This document shows, in pieces, positions 63,401-64,000 of a stretch of 64,000 bases of DNA. The position numbers and the translations under genes were made by a program. Within the stretch, counting starts at the first letter, position 1. Each line of letters begins with the position of its first letter. Below the pieces are notes generated by a model. It searched no databases. It had not been told where the DNA came from and saw only the letters and a program-made list of their open reading frames with translations. This DNA is from Monocercomonoides exilis PA203 (lineage: Eukaryota; Protista; Preaxostyla): NCBI GenBank assembly GCA_001643675.2, contig LSRY02000038.1:868001-932000 (forward strand). Reading direction: 5' to 3'.

Positions 63401-64000
63401 TCTGAAGCATTTGTAGCCAGCTGGGGGTTCGGGTGGATATTAAGGAGGAGAAGGGAGAAAGAGGTATTTGACAGAGACATTCGAAAGGCTAAGAATGAAT
63501 GATTTTCAAAAGAGAAACTGAAAAGAGCTGAAACGAAGAATAAGCCCGTTACGACACTATCAACGTTTTGTTTTGATTTTCTTCCTGAAATCAAAAAACG
63601 AAAAAGGATTCAGCAGCAAATTATTGAAACCCCATTCCCTTTCTCAACATTTGCTTCTGCAAGCACAACATCTTCATTCACTTCTTCTTCATTTCCCATT
63701 TCTTCTTTCTTCTTCTTCTTCCTTCTCATCATCTTTTTCCCCCTTATCCTCTTCTGCCTCTTCTCGCTCCACAAGTTCTGCTGGCGTAAAAGCTGCTGGT
63801 GACAGAGCCACATCTTCCATCCTCAGCACCGCCTTCTCCATCCCCTTCTCTTCAGCTTCTTCCTTGCGTTAGATTGTGTAATCCCTCGCCCAATCACCTC
63901 GTCGTCTATTTTCGTTATAAGACGCATCGACTGCGGTGATAAAAACTCCATCAACACTGTCGCAGATAGAAGCAGCGAAAGGACAGACAGATTGTAACCT
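60440..64000 (-). pseudogene. Decayed hypothetical-protein gene running off the window end
   Basis: Coding-like minus-strand composition with Glu-rich tracts and intron-like gaps, broken by multiple stops of different types and at least one frameshift near 63690. Confidence 0.55.
61782..61961. repeat. Perfect 9-bp tandem repeat TTCTTCACC, 20 copies
   Basis: Direct reading. It encodes (EEG)n in the pseudogene's likely frame. Confidence 0.9.

Noticed and set aside
1-64000. Genome-wide UAR=Gln genetic code
   Set aside because: The nucleolin-like, PrxQ, p101-like and CSN3 genes end at TAA/TAG at sensible positions, and very long ORFs contain no internal UAR.

Overview
This is AT-rich, intron-containing eukaryotic DNA. 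The short GT-AG introns, massive (TCT)n poly-Ser and (GAA)n poly-Glu tracts and lineage-specific gene families suggest the oxymonad Monocercomonoides or a close relative (inference). Recognisable genes: a PI3K p101/p87-like protein, an atypical BCP/PrxQ peroxiredoxin, a PLAC8 protein, a nucleolin/Nsr1-like protein, CAND1, a giant beta-helix receptor pseudokinase, a second beta-helix membrane protein, a RING-H2 E3 ligase, a TOM1/GPR137-like multi-pass membrane protein, CSN3, several hypothetical proteins and two pseudogenes. Intergenic DNA holds several non-autonomous terminal-inverted-repeat (TIR) elements. Most notable: (1) a 3.26-kb hAT-type element with perfect 17-bp TIRs and an 8-bp target-site duplication (TSD) that carries an intron-containing decayed copy of a host gene family (Pack-hAT-like); (2) a roughly 970-codon surface-protein gene with an intact frame but four internal TAA/TAG codons, ending TAA-TCG-TGA (recoding or readthrough versus young pseudogene); (3) long foldback-type inverted-repeat elements on both sides of the two surface-protein genes. 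Exon boundaries were read by eye and no database searches were run.
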